DNA of 64,000 nucleotides from an uncultured Oscillospiraceae bacterium (lineage in GTDB: Bacteria > Bacillota > Clostridia > Oscillospirales > Acutalibacteraceae). The notes under the pieces are model-generated. The model had not been told where the DNA came from. It was given only the letters and a program-made list of their open reading frames with translations, and did no database searches. A program made the translations under genes and the position numbers. Where the stretch lies: positions 6,520-70,519 of the forward strand of contig UQQT01000007.1 of the NCBI GenBank assembly GCA_900543395.1, given 5' to 3'. Shown here piece after piece: positions 17,618-27,245 of this stretch. Numbering within the stretch: the stretch's first letter is position 1; each line of letters begins with the position of its first letter.

Positions 17618-19282
17618 ATGGGTGTGATAATTATGTTACCTCCCGCAGGTGAAAATAACTGTTATGAATTTTTAAAACTCTGCACGAGTATATACAAGGA
17701 CGTAGATATGATGCAGCATTTCTCCGTCAGATATAAAAGAAGCGAAATATTCAGGGATATCGACGCATTAAGCGGATATTTTCAAAAAAAGCTCGGACTT
17801 AAAGAGGGCGATGTTTATACAATTTTTATGCCGACTACGATTCAGGGCATCATCGCTTTTTACGCACTTAACAGCATAGGCGTTATAGTAAATTTCGTTC
17901 ATCCCCTTATGTCTACGGAGTTTTTGAAAGAAACTCTCGACGACGTAAACGCTAAGGGCGTTATGGTACTCGATATCCTTTCGAAAGACCATGTAAAGAC
18001 GATTAACGACAGCGGACTTCCCTGCCTTATATGCCGTTCGTCGGATTATTCCGAGGGAATAAAAAAATTCGGGACAAGCATAGGCGAGAACATAGTAAAA
18101 GCCGTTTTTCCGAAATTTAAAAATGCAGTGTACTACAAAGACGCCCTTAACGCAAATCTCACCCCCGAACCGCTTAAAAACAACTGCGACACTCCCGCCG
18201 TTTATCTCAACGGAGGCGGAACGACGGGTAAAAGCAAGACGATAAAGCTTACCTCCCGCGCAATAAACGAGCTGACTTCAAGAGTTTCGGAGATTGACGA
18301 AATCCATATTCCGGGCGAGGAAGCGGAAATAATCGTACTCCCGATGTTCCACTGCTTCGGACTCATAATTGCAATTCACATGGCGCTGTGCAACTCGGCA
18401 AGAATAATTCCGATGATGCAGTTTGACGCAAAGCTTTTCAATAAATTAATGAGAAAAAATCTGATTGTCGGCTTCGGCGGAATTCCGCTTATGTTTGAAA
18501 AGCTTATGAGAGAAAAGCATTTCGACGGTCCGTGGCTTAAAAATGTCAGAATGATGTTCTGCGGAGGCGACGATATAAGCGACGATTTTCTCGATAAATA
18601 CAATTCATACTTTGAAAAATGGGGCGCTCCGGGTCGCCTGAGACAGGGATACGGACTTACGGAAATAGGCTCCGTATGCTGTACTACGACAAATACGGAC
18701 TATAAACGCGGTTCCATCGGTAAACCGCTGAACGGAATCAGAGTCGAGATATGGGACGACGACCATAATGAGCTTCCCGCAGGCGAAATCGGCGAGATTG
18801 CAGTTTCAGGTCCTACCGTAATGAGCGGATATTATACAAAGGACGGACCCGAAGACCTCGGACTTTATAAAGATAAGGACGGCGTAAAATGGGTTCTTTC
18901 GGGCGATCTTGCATACAAAGACGAAGAGGGCTACCTGTTCTTCTCCGGCAGAAAGAAAAGAGTTATAATCATTTCGGGTTATAACGTTTACCCGAACGAT
19001 ATTGAGAAAAAAGTCGGCGAACTCGATTATATAAAGGACGTATGCGCCGTTCAGGGCTGGCAGAACGACCGTTCTATCGTAAGACTTTACGTTTCTCTTA
19101 AAAAGAACGTTGACAAAACACAGTGCGAAAACGAAATCAAAAAACTTTGCGAAGATAATTTCTCTAAATTCTATATTCCCAGGGAAATAGTATTTCTAAA
19201 CGAGCTTCCGCAGACTCCGCTTATGAAAGTCGATTTCATGAAGTTAAGTCAGATGAAGCCGGGAGATCCTATATACAAATAA
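17618..19282 (+). CDS. AMP-forming acyl-CoA synthetase (AMP-binding enzyme family)
   Basis: AMP-binding motif variant 'YLNGGGTTGKSKTIKLT' and motif 'GYGLTEIGS'. Lies immediately upstream of a 2-oxoacid:ferredoxin oxidoreductase operon. Confidence 0.85.
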   Translation: MGVIIMLPPAGENNCYEFLKLCTSIYKDVDMMQHFSVRYKRSEIFRDIDALSGYFQKKLGLKEGDVYTIFMPTTIQGIIAFYALNSIGVIVNFVHPLMSTEFLKETLDDVNAKGVMVLDILSKDHVKTINDSGLPCLICRSSDYSEGIKKFGTSIGENIVKAVFPKFKNAVYYKDALNANLTPEPLKNNCDTPAVYLNGGGTTGKSKTIKLTSRAINELTSRVSEIDEIHIPGEEAEIIVLPMFHCFGLIIAIHMALCNSARIIPMMQFDAKLFNKLMRKNLIVGFGGIPLMFEKLMREKHFDGPWLKNVRMMFCGGDDISDDFLDKYNSYFEKWGAPGRLRQGYGLTEIGSVCCTTTNTDYKRGSIGKPLNGIRVEIWDDDHNELPAGEIGEIAVSGPTVMSGYYTKDGPEDLGLYKDKDGVKWVLSGDLAYKDEEGYLFFSGRKKRVIIISGYNVYPNDIEKKVGELDYIKDVCAVQGWQNDRSIVRLYVSLKKNVDKTQCENEIKKLCEDNFSKFYIPREIVFLNELPQTPLMKVDFMKLSQMKPGDPIYK

Positions 19283-19317
19283 AATTTTAAACAGAAAATA
19301 AAGGAGATGTTCTTAAC

Positions 19318-19524
19318 ATGTTAAGGATTAACCCGATTTTATGCAAGAGCTGCGGTTACTGCATAAAATTCTGTCCGAAGCAAATCCTCAATATGGGTTC
19401 CGAACGAAACAAACGCGGATTCTTTTACCCCTCGCTTACCGACAGTGATAAATGTCTGTCGTGCGCGATATGCGCGTCGGTATGTCCCGAGGGTGCAATA
19501 GAGCTTAACGGGGAGGATGAGTAA
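19318..19524 (+). CDS. 2x[4Fe-4S] ferredoxin, delta subunit of 2-oxoacid:ferredoxin oxidoreductase
   Basis: Two CxxCxxCxxxCP motifs: 'CKSCGYCIKFCP' and 'CLSCAICASVCP'. Confidence 0.85.
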   Translation: MLRINPILCKSCGYCIKFCPKQILNMGSERNKRGFFYPSLTDSDKCLSCAICASVCPEGAIELNGEDE

Positions 19525-20605
19525 AATGGGCGAAAAACGTTTCATGAAAGGCAATGAAGCCATAGCGGAAGCGGCAGTCAGAGGCGGATGCAGATTTTTT
19601 GCAGGCTACCCCATAACTCCGCAGAACGAAATTCCCGAATATCTGTCATGGAGGCTGCCCGAGGTCGGCGGTTTGTTCGTACAGGGCGAGAGTGAAATAG
19701 CTTCGGTCAACATGGTTTACGGCGCGTCCGCAATGGGAACGAGAGCTATGACCAGTTCATCCGGCCCCGGCATCAGTTTAAAGGCGGAGGGTATCTCTTA
19801 TCTTGCAGCGGCAATGCTCCCCGCATTGATAGTAAATATAAGCAGAGGCGGTCCCGGACTCGGCTCCATTCAGCCCGCGCAGTCGGATTATTTACAGGCA
19901 ACAAAAGCTCTCGGACACGGCGGTTTTCACGCAATGGTTTTTGCACCTAATTCCGTGCAGGAGGCTTGCGACATAGTTTATGAATCATTCGAATATGCGG
20001 AACGCGACAGAAACCCGGTACTCGTTTTAATGGACGGCTGTCTCGGAAACATTATGGAGGAAGTCGAGCTTCCCGAAATGAAGGAAATCAAATACGAGGA
20101 CGTCCCCGAATGGAGTCTTTCAAGACGAAACGGCAGAGATTATCAGGGCAATATTACTCCTATTTACACGGAGCCTATTCTTGAGGGACTCAACGCGATG
20201 GCGGGCGAGATATATAAGGACTGGGAGGAAAACGACGTTAAGGTCGAGGAATTCATGGTCGACGATGCCGAATACGTTATCGTCGCGTACGGTATCGCTT
20301 CGAGAGTATCAAAAGAAGCCGTTATTAATTTAAGGGAAAAAGGAATAAAAATCGGATTAATAAGACCGATTACTTTATTCCCGTTCCCGAAAAAGAGCAT
20401 TAAAAATCTTGATTATAACCGCGTTAAGGGAATAATTGATATTGAAATGACTATTCCCGCCCAGATGCGCGATGATATTGAGCTTCAGGTTATGGGCAGA
20501 TGTCCCGTATATGAATACGGCAGAAGCGGCGGATGCCTGCTTGACGACGACGGCGTAAGAGAAGCTATCGAAAATATAGTTTGCGGAGGCGGAGAAAATG
20601 GCTGA
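19517..20605 (+). CDS. 2-oxoacid:ferredoxin oxidoreductase alpha subunit (Vor/Kor/PorA-type)
   Basis: N-terminal 'GNEAIAEAAVRGGCRFFAGYPITPQNEI' matches the alpha-subunit family. Overlaps the delta and beta genes. Confidence 0.9.
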   Translation: MSKMGEKRFMKGNEAIAEAAVRGGCRFFAGYPITPQNEIPEYLSWRLPEVGGLFVQGESEIASVNMVYGASAMGTRAMTSSSGPGISLKAEGISYLAAAMLPALIVNISRGGPGLGSIQPAQSDYLQATKALGHGGFHAMVFAPNSVQEACDIVYESFEYAERDRNPVLVLMDGCLGNIMEEVELPEMKEIKYEDVPEWSLSRRNGRDYQGNITPIYTEPILEGLNAMAGEIYKDWEENDVKVEEFMVDDAEYVIVAYGIASRVSKEAVINLREKGIKIGLIRPITLFPFPKKSIKNLDYNRVKGIIDIEMTIPAQMRDDIELQVMGRCPVYEYGRSGGCLLDDDGVREAIENIVCGGGENG

Positions 20606-21341
20606 ATATAAAAGACCCAAACTTATAGCGGACTCTCCGAGCGGTTACTGCCCCGGATGCCTGCACTCGCTTGCGACAAAGCTTATCGCAGAAGTTATAG
20701 AGGAAATGGGGCAGGCTGATAATTCGTTAAACGTTATATCCGTAGGCTGTTCCGCTCTTAATATTCTCTACTGGGGCGGAGATTTTCTCTCAGTCGCGCA
20801 CGGAAGAGCTCCCGCGGCGGCTACGGGAATTAAACGTTCAAATCCCGAACGTCTCGTTTTCGCTTACCAGGGCGACGGCGACCTTGCGGCAATCGGACTT
20901 GCGGAGATTATTTCGGCGGCGAACAGAGGCGAACATTTCACCGTAATATTCGCTAACAATCAGACATACGGTATGACGGGAGGTCAAATGGCGCCCACAA
21001 CGCTTATCGGACAGAAAACAACCACGTCCGTATACGGCAGAGACCCCGAGACAACGGGATATCCGTTTAAAATGTGCGAACTTATTTCACAGCTGGAGGC
21101 TCCCGCATACGTTGCAAGATTCGCATTAAATTCGCCTAAGGGAATCATGGACGCAAAGAAAGGCATCAGAAAAGCGTTCGAATATCAGATGGCGGATGAG
21201 GGCTTTACATTCGTTGAGCTTCTTACAAACTGTCCGACAAACTGGAAGATGACTCCCCTTCAGACTCTCGATTATATGAATACAAATACAATTCCGTACT
21301 TTAAACCCGGAGTATATAAGGATAAGGAGGCGGACAAATAA
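20598..21341 (+). CDS. 2-oxoacid:ferredoxin oxidoreductase beta subunit (TPP-binding)
   Basis: 'CPGCLH' Fe-S/TPP module and 'GDGDLAAIGL' TPP-binding motif. Confidence 0.9.
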   Translation: MAEYKRPKLIADSPSGYCPGCLHSLATKLIAEVIEEMGQADNSLNVISVGCSALNILYWGGDFLSVAHGRAPAAATGIKRSNPERLVFAYQGDGDLAAIGLAEIISAANRGEHFTVIFANNQTYGMTGGQMAPTTLIGQKTTTSVYGRDPETTGYPFKMCELISQLEAPAYVARFALNSPKGIMDAKKGIRKAFEYQMADEGFTFVELLTNCPTNWKMTPLQTLDYMNTNTIPYFKPGVYKDKEADK

Positions 21342-21889
21342 TGAAAAGCTCATTTGTATTTTCAGGCTCGGGCGGTCAGGGAATTATGAGCGCGGGAATC
21401 ATGCTCGCGCACACCGCAATCGACATGGGTAAGCACGCCACTTATCTGCCCGAGTACGGTCCCGAACAGCGCGGAGGCAGCGCAAAATGTACCGTCGTAA
21501 TCAGTGATGACCCCATTATCTCACCGCTTCCCAAGCATTGTGACAATCTCATCGCACTCAATGCTCTCGCATATGCAAAATTCGGCGAGGACATTAAGTC
21601 CGGCGGACTTCTGCTTGCCAATTCAAACAGAATTTCGGACGGTCTTGACAGAACGGACGTAACGGTAATTTCCGCCCCCGTAGACGATATATCGCTCGAG
21701 GTCGGTTCACCTAAAACTGCAAATATTATTCTTTTGGGTATTCTTATCGGAGCTACGGATATTGTATCGAAAGATACGCTTATTCTTTCGCTCGAGGATA
21801 AATTCAAGGACAAAAAGCCTGAAATTCTTGAAATGAATTTAAGAGCACTCGACAAAGGAATCGAACTCGGAAAACAGGCAAAAAAATAA
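21341..21889 (+). CDS. 2-oxoacid:ferredoxin oxidoreductase gamma subunit
   Basis: 'FSGSGGQGIMSAGIMLA' is the gamma-subunit signature. ATGA-type overlap with the beta gene. Confidence 0.9.
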   Translation: MKSSFVFSGSGGQGIMSAGIMLAHTAIDMGKHATYLPEYGPEQRGGSAKCTVVISDDPIISPLPKHCDNLIALNALAYAKFGEDIKSGGLLLANSNRISDGLDRTDVTVISAPVDDISLEVGSPKTANIILLGILIGATDIVSKDTLILSLEDKFKDKKPEILEMNLRALDKGIELGKQAKK

Positions 21890-21907
21890 AAAACGGAGGT
21901 TTATACT

Positions 21908-22240
21908 ATGGCAAAAATAGGTTTAGGCTGTTGGGCAGGCAAGATCTCGCTCAGAATAGCCAGAGGCGAAGTCAAATTTAAAATAGAGGACGACAACGGT
22001 GAGTATAAAATTACCACCGATCTTCCCGGAGCATTAAAAAGCGCTAAGATTTCATTTACGAATCTTAAAGAAGAGCCCGACGGAAAAACAATTTCCGGCA
22101 ACGGCACGATTTCTGTTCTCCCCGGCAGAAAGTTAGAGGGTGCGTTCACCTTCGAGGAAAATACGTTTATAGGAGAAATTAAAGCTCCCGTCGTAGGCAA
22201 GATAAAAATCACCGACGGTCACCGCATAGACTCATTCTGA
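21908..22240 (+). CDS. Hypothetical 110-aa protein, last gene of the OFOR operon
   Basis: Well-spaced ORF after a GGAGG SD. A strong terminator follows. No identifiable domain. Confidence 0.45.
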   Translation: MAKIGLGCWAGKISLRIARGEVKFKIEDDNGEYKITTDLPGALKSAKISFTNLKEEPDGKTISGNGTISVLPGRKLEGAFTFEENTFIGEIKAPVVGKIKITDGHRIDSF

Positions 22241-22256
22241 TTTTCAAAAATAAAAA

Positions 22257-22293
22257 CACCCGCACAGATTTCTCATCCGTGCGGGTGTTTTTA
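22257..22293 (+). terminator. Rho-independent terminator
   Basis: 'cacccgcacag...ccgtgcgggtg' stem followed by TTTTT. Confidence 0.7.
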
Positions 22294-22343
22294 TGCTGTT
22301 TAAATCTAAAATAAAAGCCGAAAATCATTTTGATAAATAATTA

Positions 22344-22808
22344 TTACATAACAATTAGGATAAAAAAGCCTAAAACGAAAATAATAAGCTCAGAGAAAAA
22401 ATTAACTTGACTGTTTGAAAGAAATTTGTTTTCTATACGTTCGGCTTGTTCATTACAACAAACAGGCTTATCACCGATTTTACCACACTTTTTACATCTG
22501 TATTTTTTTTGTAATGTATCACCTAATATACTATCAATCAACATTCCCAAGAACCCAAGAAAAACAATTAGACAAGTGTCATTTATACTATATTCATTAT
22601 TAATAAGAACATTGGTAATAAAAAAAGCTAACGCAATATAAATGGAAGCAAAAAATCCTACTGCTGTTCCTATCAAGCTTACACCTCCGGAAATCCCGCA
22701 TTCAGTACTCTTGAATTTTGTTATCGAATAAACTCGTTTTGCATATTTTGAACCTACAGTTGAAGCTAAAGTATCACTCATACTTTCTGCTAACATTACA
22801 CAGTACAA
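22344..22808 (-). pseudogene. DUF92/TMEM19-like membrane protein, N-terminally truncated
   Basis: Carries the C-terminal-half motif 'AESMSDTLASTVGS' of DUF92. The frame stays open for 47 codons upstream without a start codon. Only a TTG or an internal ATG is available. Confidence 0.45.
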
Positions 22809-22944
22809 AACAAAAAACTCTTTTTTATTAACAATTATAAACAGAATAAGCGAAACAAAAGCAAAAATAAAATTAACGATAACCTGCTGCTGTCGGGCAT
22901 ATAAATTTCCGTAATCGTAGTCTTAAATAAAAAGGCTTCGTCGT

Positions 22945-23409
22945 CTACTGACAACACTGTTTCCGGAACTGCATACGCTCCTTCTCTGCCTTGCGGATAG
23001 AGAAAAAGCAAAGTCTTATCTTTATTGAATAAAACGCCGTCAACAGATACATATGATGCATGCCGGCTTCAACATCAATATATTCAAGATTTTTACAATA
23101 TTCAAACACACTTCCGTCTATGGTTTCAACGCTTTCCGGTATTTTTACGTTCATCAAACTTGCTCAGCGATCAAATGTAAACATACCTATCTCGGTAACC
23201 CTTCTTTTACTGTCAAGGTCAGCCGGTTTAATAATATCAGTATCATTGCCGTTATAATTGGCTATTTTTATAGTTCCGTCATTAAGTACCGAATACTCAT
23301 AATCCCCGCTTGTTTCCGCGCTGGCAGAAAACGTCAGCCCCGTAAAGCAGGACAAAAGTATAATAACAGACAAAACAACAGATATTGTTCGCCGTCCCAT
23401 CCTTTTCAT
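22945..23409 (-). pseudogene. BspA-type leucine-rich-repeat surface protein, fragmented
   Basis: Signal peptide plus 'YEYSVLNDGTIKIANYNGNDTDIIKP' in ORF 23164-23409. A BspA-like LRR unit 'VKIPESVETIDGSVFEYCKNLEYIDV' follows in a different frame (22945-23157), which is consistent with a frameshift. Confidence 0.45.
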
Positions 23410-23625
23410 AAAACAACCTCTGAAATTTCATATTAACAGTGCAATCCGTAATACACTGCCCTCTCAAAACGGCAAAACGTTATATATTGTCGTTACAATA
23501 TAACCATAAACAGTATTTACAAGAATTGCAAGTAATAATACAATAAAATAGTGTATTTTTTGTAAGAAATCGATTTCGATATTTATTAAAAACCGCCTGG
23601 ATTCTTTCCCGGCGGTACAACTTTG

Positions 23626-24492
23626 TTACGGCAGTATTCTATTTGTCGTTATTCTGTCTATTTTAAACAATCGGCATATATCTGCCTCGAAAACACTGTC
23701 CACCGTCCAAACGGAGCATTCAAGTCCGGCTTCTTTTATCTTCTTAACCTTAAACAAGTCGCCGAACGCGTTGAATCTGAAAGCGACTCCGATATTTCCC
23801 GCGTCCCTGCATTTTGATATCGTATCCTTATCCATCCCCGAAACGAGATACATCAATCTGATATCCGGGTCATTTCGACGGATGTACGTTAGATAATCAA
23901 AATTAAACGATATAATTTCAGCGTCAGCTCCGCTGTCTTTTATCATTTTAAGAACTCCGTCGAGCGATTCCTCACGTCCGCTCTTTATTTCAATACATGC
24001 ACGCATTGAATATTTTTTGCAGATATCGAGGGCTTCGGACAATTCGGGGATTTTAAGTGATGAAAAATTTTTAATGTTATTGCCTGCGTCTATATTGAAC
24101 TTCAGAAGTTCGTCATATGTATAAAGACTGATATTTCCCGTCGAGTCTGTCATGTCCGAAATATCCTCGTTGTGCATGACCGCCCACTTGCCGTCCTTTG
24201 TCTCATGAATATCAAACTCGCATGCAAAATATCCCGCCTGCCCCGCAGCTTCAAACGCAGGGAGCGTATTTTCCGGAGCAACTGCGGACAGTCCCCTGTG
24301 CGCGGTAAGATAAAGCTTGCCCGCGCTCGACTCCGATGGAACGATATAGTGCGAACTCTCCGTCGGCATAACATACCTCATGACCGCAGATGTACCGACT
24401 ATGACAGCAAACAGTATAAAAACCGTCAGAATAACTTTTTTATTTTTCGAAAAGCCGTTATTTCTTTTTCTTGTCTTTTTTCTTTTAGCCAT
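23626..24492 (-). CDS. Glycerophosphodiester phosphodiesterase, membrane-anchored
   Basis: N-terminal TM segment and a GDPD motif 'HRGLSAVAPENTLPAFEAA...EFDIHETKDGKWAVMHNED'. Confidence 0.85.
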   Translation of the reverse strand: MAKRKKTRKRNNGFSKNKKVILTVFILFAVIVGTSAVMRYVMPTESSHYIVPSESSAGKLYLTAHRGLSAVAPENTLPAFEAAGQAGYFACEFDIHETKDGKWAVMHNEDISDMTDSTGNISLYTYDELLKFNIDAGNNIKNFSSLKIPELSEALDICKKYSMRACIEIKSGREESLDGVLKMIKDSGADAEIISFNFDYLTYIRRNDPDIRLMYLVSGMDKDTISKCRDAGNIGVAFRFNAFGDLFKVKKIKEAGLECSVWTVDSVFEADICRLFKIDRITTNRILP

Positions 24493-24606
24493 AAAACGCG
24501 CTCCGGAATATCGATAAATTACATGATTAAATTATATAGTCAAATTATAATATTGTCAACTTGTGTTTTTTATTAACTCATGATATACTTTATATCGGTG
24601 GTATAA

Positions 24607-25137
24607 ATGATAGAAAAATTTAATTATAAAAAGAATATCGGCATAACTCTTCCCGACGGCACAGTAAACGGTCAGGGCGTCGGAGAGATAAGCAAAATGC
24701 GCTACGGCATAATGCCCATGAGCTGGAACGGATGCGAGATTATCGCAGTGTATAATTTTCTTATGATAAGCTCGGAAAAAATAATCCCCCTGCCGGGAAT
24801 CGCACGTGAAATCTACCCTTACGGCTCTATATGCCTGGGCTTTTTCGGCACCGACCCGAACAAGCTTATTAAATTTTTCAGAAACCATAACGTTACGGTT
24901 CAGCATACGAGAAAATTCGACGTTTTCAAATCGACGTTTAAAGGACAGAAGTACGGTATTGTCGCCTTTTGGAACGGCGTTCCGATGGCATCGTCGCTTC
25001 ACACCGTATGCATCGAAAACAGAGACGGCAAAATCATTGTTTATAACCGCTCTAACAGAAGAAACTACCCTGTCTCATATGACAATCTTGAGGACTTCTG
25101 CGACAAGACACATTTTATTGTTGGATATTTTAAATAA
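24607..25137 (+). CDS. Hypothetical protein with candidate Cys/His catalytic residues
   Basis: 176-aa ORF with 'WNGCEIIAV' and 'SSLHTV' spaced as in papain-like or BtrH-N-like folds. First gene of a two-gene operon. The antisense 24556-25002 ORF is Arg-rich junk. Confidence 0.45.
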   Translation: MIEKFNYKKNIGITLPDGTVNGQGVGEISKMRYGIMPMSWNGCEIIAVYNFLMISSEKIIPLPGIAREIYPYGSICLGFFGTDPNKLIKFFRNHNVTVQHTRKFDVFKSTFKGQKYGIVAFWNGVPMASSLHTVCIENRDGKIIVYNRSNRRNYPVSYDNLEDFCDKTHFIVGYFK

Positions 25138-25152
25138 TACCGGAGAATTTTA

Positions 25153-26067
25153 ATGATTAAGACAGAATTTATTGACGACTTTATAAAAAGATACGACTAT
25201 CCCGAATCTGCAGTACATGAAATAGACAGACTGTTCGAAAAATCACAGACAGATAAATATTTCGAAGCCGATATGGAGTCTATTATAAACAATTACTTTG
25301 CCGACACGTCAAACGGACTCGGTTCGACACAGGACAAAATATTCGAAATATCAAAAAAGTATAATGAGGATAAGTATACGCTCTGTCTCTTTTTTCTGAT
25401 TCTCGCTCTTCCCTATTCAAAGGAAATTTACGATAAAAAAGGTCTCGGCGAGAATATATTTTATGATACCATGGACGATATAAGATGCAAGCTCAATGAG
25501 TGTATAGAGTGCAAGGAAGTCCCCGGCACATTCGTTCTTACATGGTATAACGGCATTTTAAATGCGGAAACCATATCTTTGGGCAGATTCGAATATGAGG
25601 TTTCGGATTTCGGATTCAAGGAATACACATTCTCCGACGGAAAAACTATAAAAAAGGGCGATATCACAATCAATTTTCATATTCCGTCCTCGGGAGTTCC
25701 GATTTCCGACGAAGTACGCTTCGATTCATACAAAAAAGCATATGAGCATTTCAAGCATCTTTATCCCGACGGCAAGGTTGTTTTCGAGTGCAGCTCATGG
25801 CTTCTTTATCCCGAACAGAAAAAATTTCTGCCCGAAAAGAGCAACATATTAAGATTTATCGACGATTTTGTAATTATAGAATCGGAGAAAAGAGATAAAT
25901 TCTATGACGCGTGGCGCGTATTCGGAAAATACGCAGACCTCCCGCCGAGAAAGCTTCCACGCGACAATTCTATGAGAAAAGCGTACGCCGACTGGATGAG
26001 CAAAGGCAGACAAACAGGTTTCGGCAGAGGAATTTTCGCATTTGACGGTGAAAAAATAATTAAATAA
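25153..26067 (+). CDS. Hypothetical protein, possible acyltransferase-like
   Basis: 304-aa ORF starting 13 nt after the previous gene. No confident motif. Confidence 0.45.
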   Translation: MIKTEFIDDFIKRYDYPESAVHEIDRLFEKSQTDKYFEADMESIINNYFADTSNGLGSTQDKIFEISKKYNEDKYTLCLFFLILALPYSKEIYDKKGLGENIFYDTMDDIRCKLNECIECKEVPGTFVLTWYNGILNAETISLGRFEYEVSDFGFKEYTFSDGKTIKKGDITINFHIPSSGVPISDEVRFDSYKKAYEHFKHLYPDGKVVFECSSWLLYPEQKKFLPEKSNILRFIDDFVIIESEKRDKFYDAWRVFGKYADLPPRKLPRDNSMRKAYADWMSKGRQTGFGRGIFAFDGEKIIK

Positions 26068-26115
26068 TATTATAAAAACGAGCTGTACCGATTAAATACA
26101 GCTCGTTCATTTCAT

Positions 26116-27072
26116 TTAATTCCAAACAACGGTTATTCTGTTCTGAACTCTTTGATAGTTTACATTTTTTATAAATCCGTAGTCAATAATCGATTTTTCG
26201 AGTTCGTCTGCCATTTCGGTATTCTCCATAAAATACGTGCAGTGCATAGTCAGCTCTTCAGGCGAAGCCACATCAAAAAGCTTAAATCCGGTAAGCCACC
26301 AGTGCCTTTCGGGTCCTCGAGTCATGTAGAGCTCGTCGTTTCTGTACAGCGCGAAAGACATGACGATCATTTCGCTGTCGGGCACGCATTTATAGAATTT
26401 ATCCGACGCGCCTTTTTCCTTATAATAAAGTCCCATTTCCGCGCCGGTCGTAATTCCGTATCTGCCCTTCCACAGCTGGAACATATAATCGTGTTCTCCG
26501 TATGTAAATTTAAGTCTTATCGTATCGTAATACATTCCTCCGACGCTCGCCATCGCGTCATACACCGAAGTGTAGCCGAACTTTCTCTGCCACGACTGAG
26601 TATCCGAATAGAAAATGCCCTGATTCTTATCGTATCTGAATCCGGCGGCGAGAATGATTTTACCGAGCTTCAGCGACTCACCGGTAAGCCCCGCGAGCGA
26701 ATCGTCGTCCGACACGGTATTCTCCGTAACGACATTAAAAAATCCCGTAGTATAAGGACTGGTTACCGTAACGGCAGGTTTCGTCGGCTCAGTTACGGGC
26801 GGAGATGTAACGGGAGGCTGAGTCACGGGCGGAACCGTAACGGTGGGAACAGCGGGCTGAACCGAAGTCTGACTCTGCGTAGTCTGATTTTTTGTAATAT
26901 CAGGCAGATCGACGTTTATCGACCCTGCTTTTACGTTGGAAACAAGAAACCATACTGCGGCGGCGGTAACGGTAAGAACAAGGATTGCAACGACTGTAAA
27001 ATATATTTTTTTTCTTCTGCGTTCCACAGCAGATTCCTCCTTATATAACTTTTCAATATAATTGTAACACAT
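26116..27072 (-). CDS. Membrane-anchored protein with Pro/Thr-rich linker and C-terminal DUF4474-like domain
   Basis: N-terminal TM, a 'PAVPTVTVPPVTQPPVTSPPVTEPTKP' linker, and a globular C-terminal domain. The overlapping plus-strand ORF 26152-27048 is Arg-rich antisense junk. Confidence 0.5.
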   Translation of the reverse strand: MCYNYIEKLYKEESAVERRRKKIYFTVVAILVLTVTAAAVWFLVSNVKAGSINVDLPDITKNQTTQSQTSVQPAVPTVTVPPVTQPPVTSPPVTEPTKPAVTVTSPYTTGFFNVVTENTVSDDDSLAGLTGESLKLGKIILAAGFRYDKNQGIFYSDTQSWQRKFGYTSVYDAMASVGGMYYDTIRLKFTYGEHDYMFQLWKGRYGITTGAEMGLYYKEKGASDKFYKCVPDSEMIVMSFALYRNDELYMTRGPERHWWLTGFKLFDVASPEELTMHCTYFMENTEMADELEKSIIDYGFIKNVNYQRVQNRITVVWN

Positions 27073-27120
27073 ACTATTAAATATTTCAAATACTATTTTT
27101 TATAATAAAGTTTATTTCGA

Positions 27121-27149
27121 TTGACTTAATGTCGATTATTTGGTATCAT
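27121..27149 (+). promoter_or_regulatory. Promoter TTGACT-17-TATCAT upstream of queT
   Basis: TTGACT at 27121-27126, a 17-nt spacer, then TATCAT at 27144-27149. Confidence 0.4.
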
Positions 27150-27169
27150 TAATGTGAAGATTTTTTCTT

Positions 27170-27245
27170 CGGTCAGTTCGTAACCATCCTGACCGAGAAC
27201 GGATAAATTCATACATTTCCGCTCTCAAATCAAAACTAAGGAGAC
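27170..27245 (+). ncRNA. Candidate preQ1-I riboswitch, possibly tandem, in the queT leader
   Basis: Hairpin 1 is cGGUCAG-UUCGUAACCAUC-CUGACCg. Hairpin 2 is GAGAACGG-AUAAAUUCAUACAUUU-CCGCUCUC, followed by 'AAAUCAAAACUAAGGAG'. The tail resembles the preQ1-I A-rich tail plus SD (B. subtilis AUAAAAAACUAAGG). The loops resemble the UUCUAGCUACA and UCGCAGUAAC aptamer loops. QueT is a known preQ1-riboswitch-regulated gene. Confidence 0.4.

Noticed and set aside
24556-25002. 148-aa minus-strand ORF
   Set aside because: It is Arg-rich with no SD. It overlaps the better-supported plus-strand 24607-25137 gene that heads a two-gene operon.
26152-27048. 298-aa plus-strand ORF overlapping the DUF4474-like gene
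   Set aside because: It is Arg/His-rich antisense junk typical of the reverse strand of a real gene. The minus-strand product has a coherent TM, linker and domain architecture.
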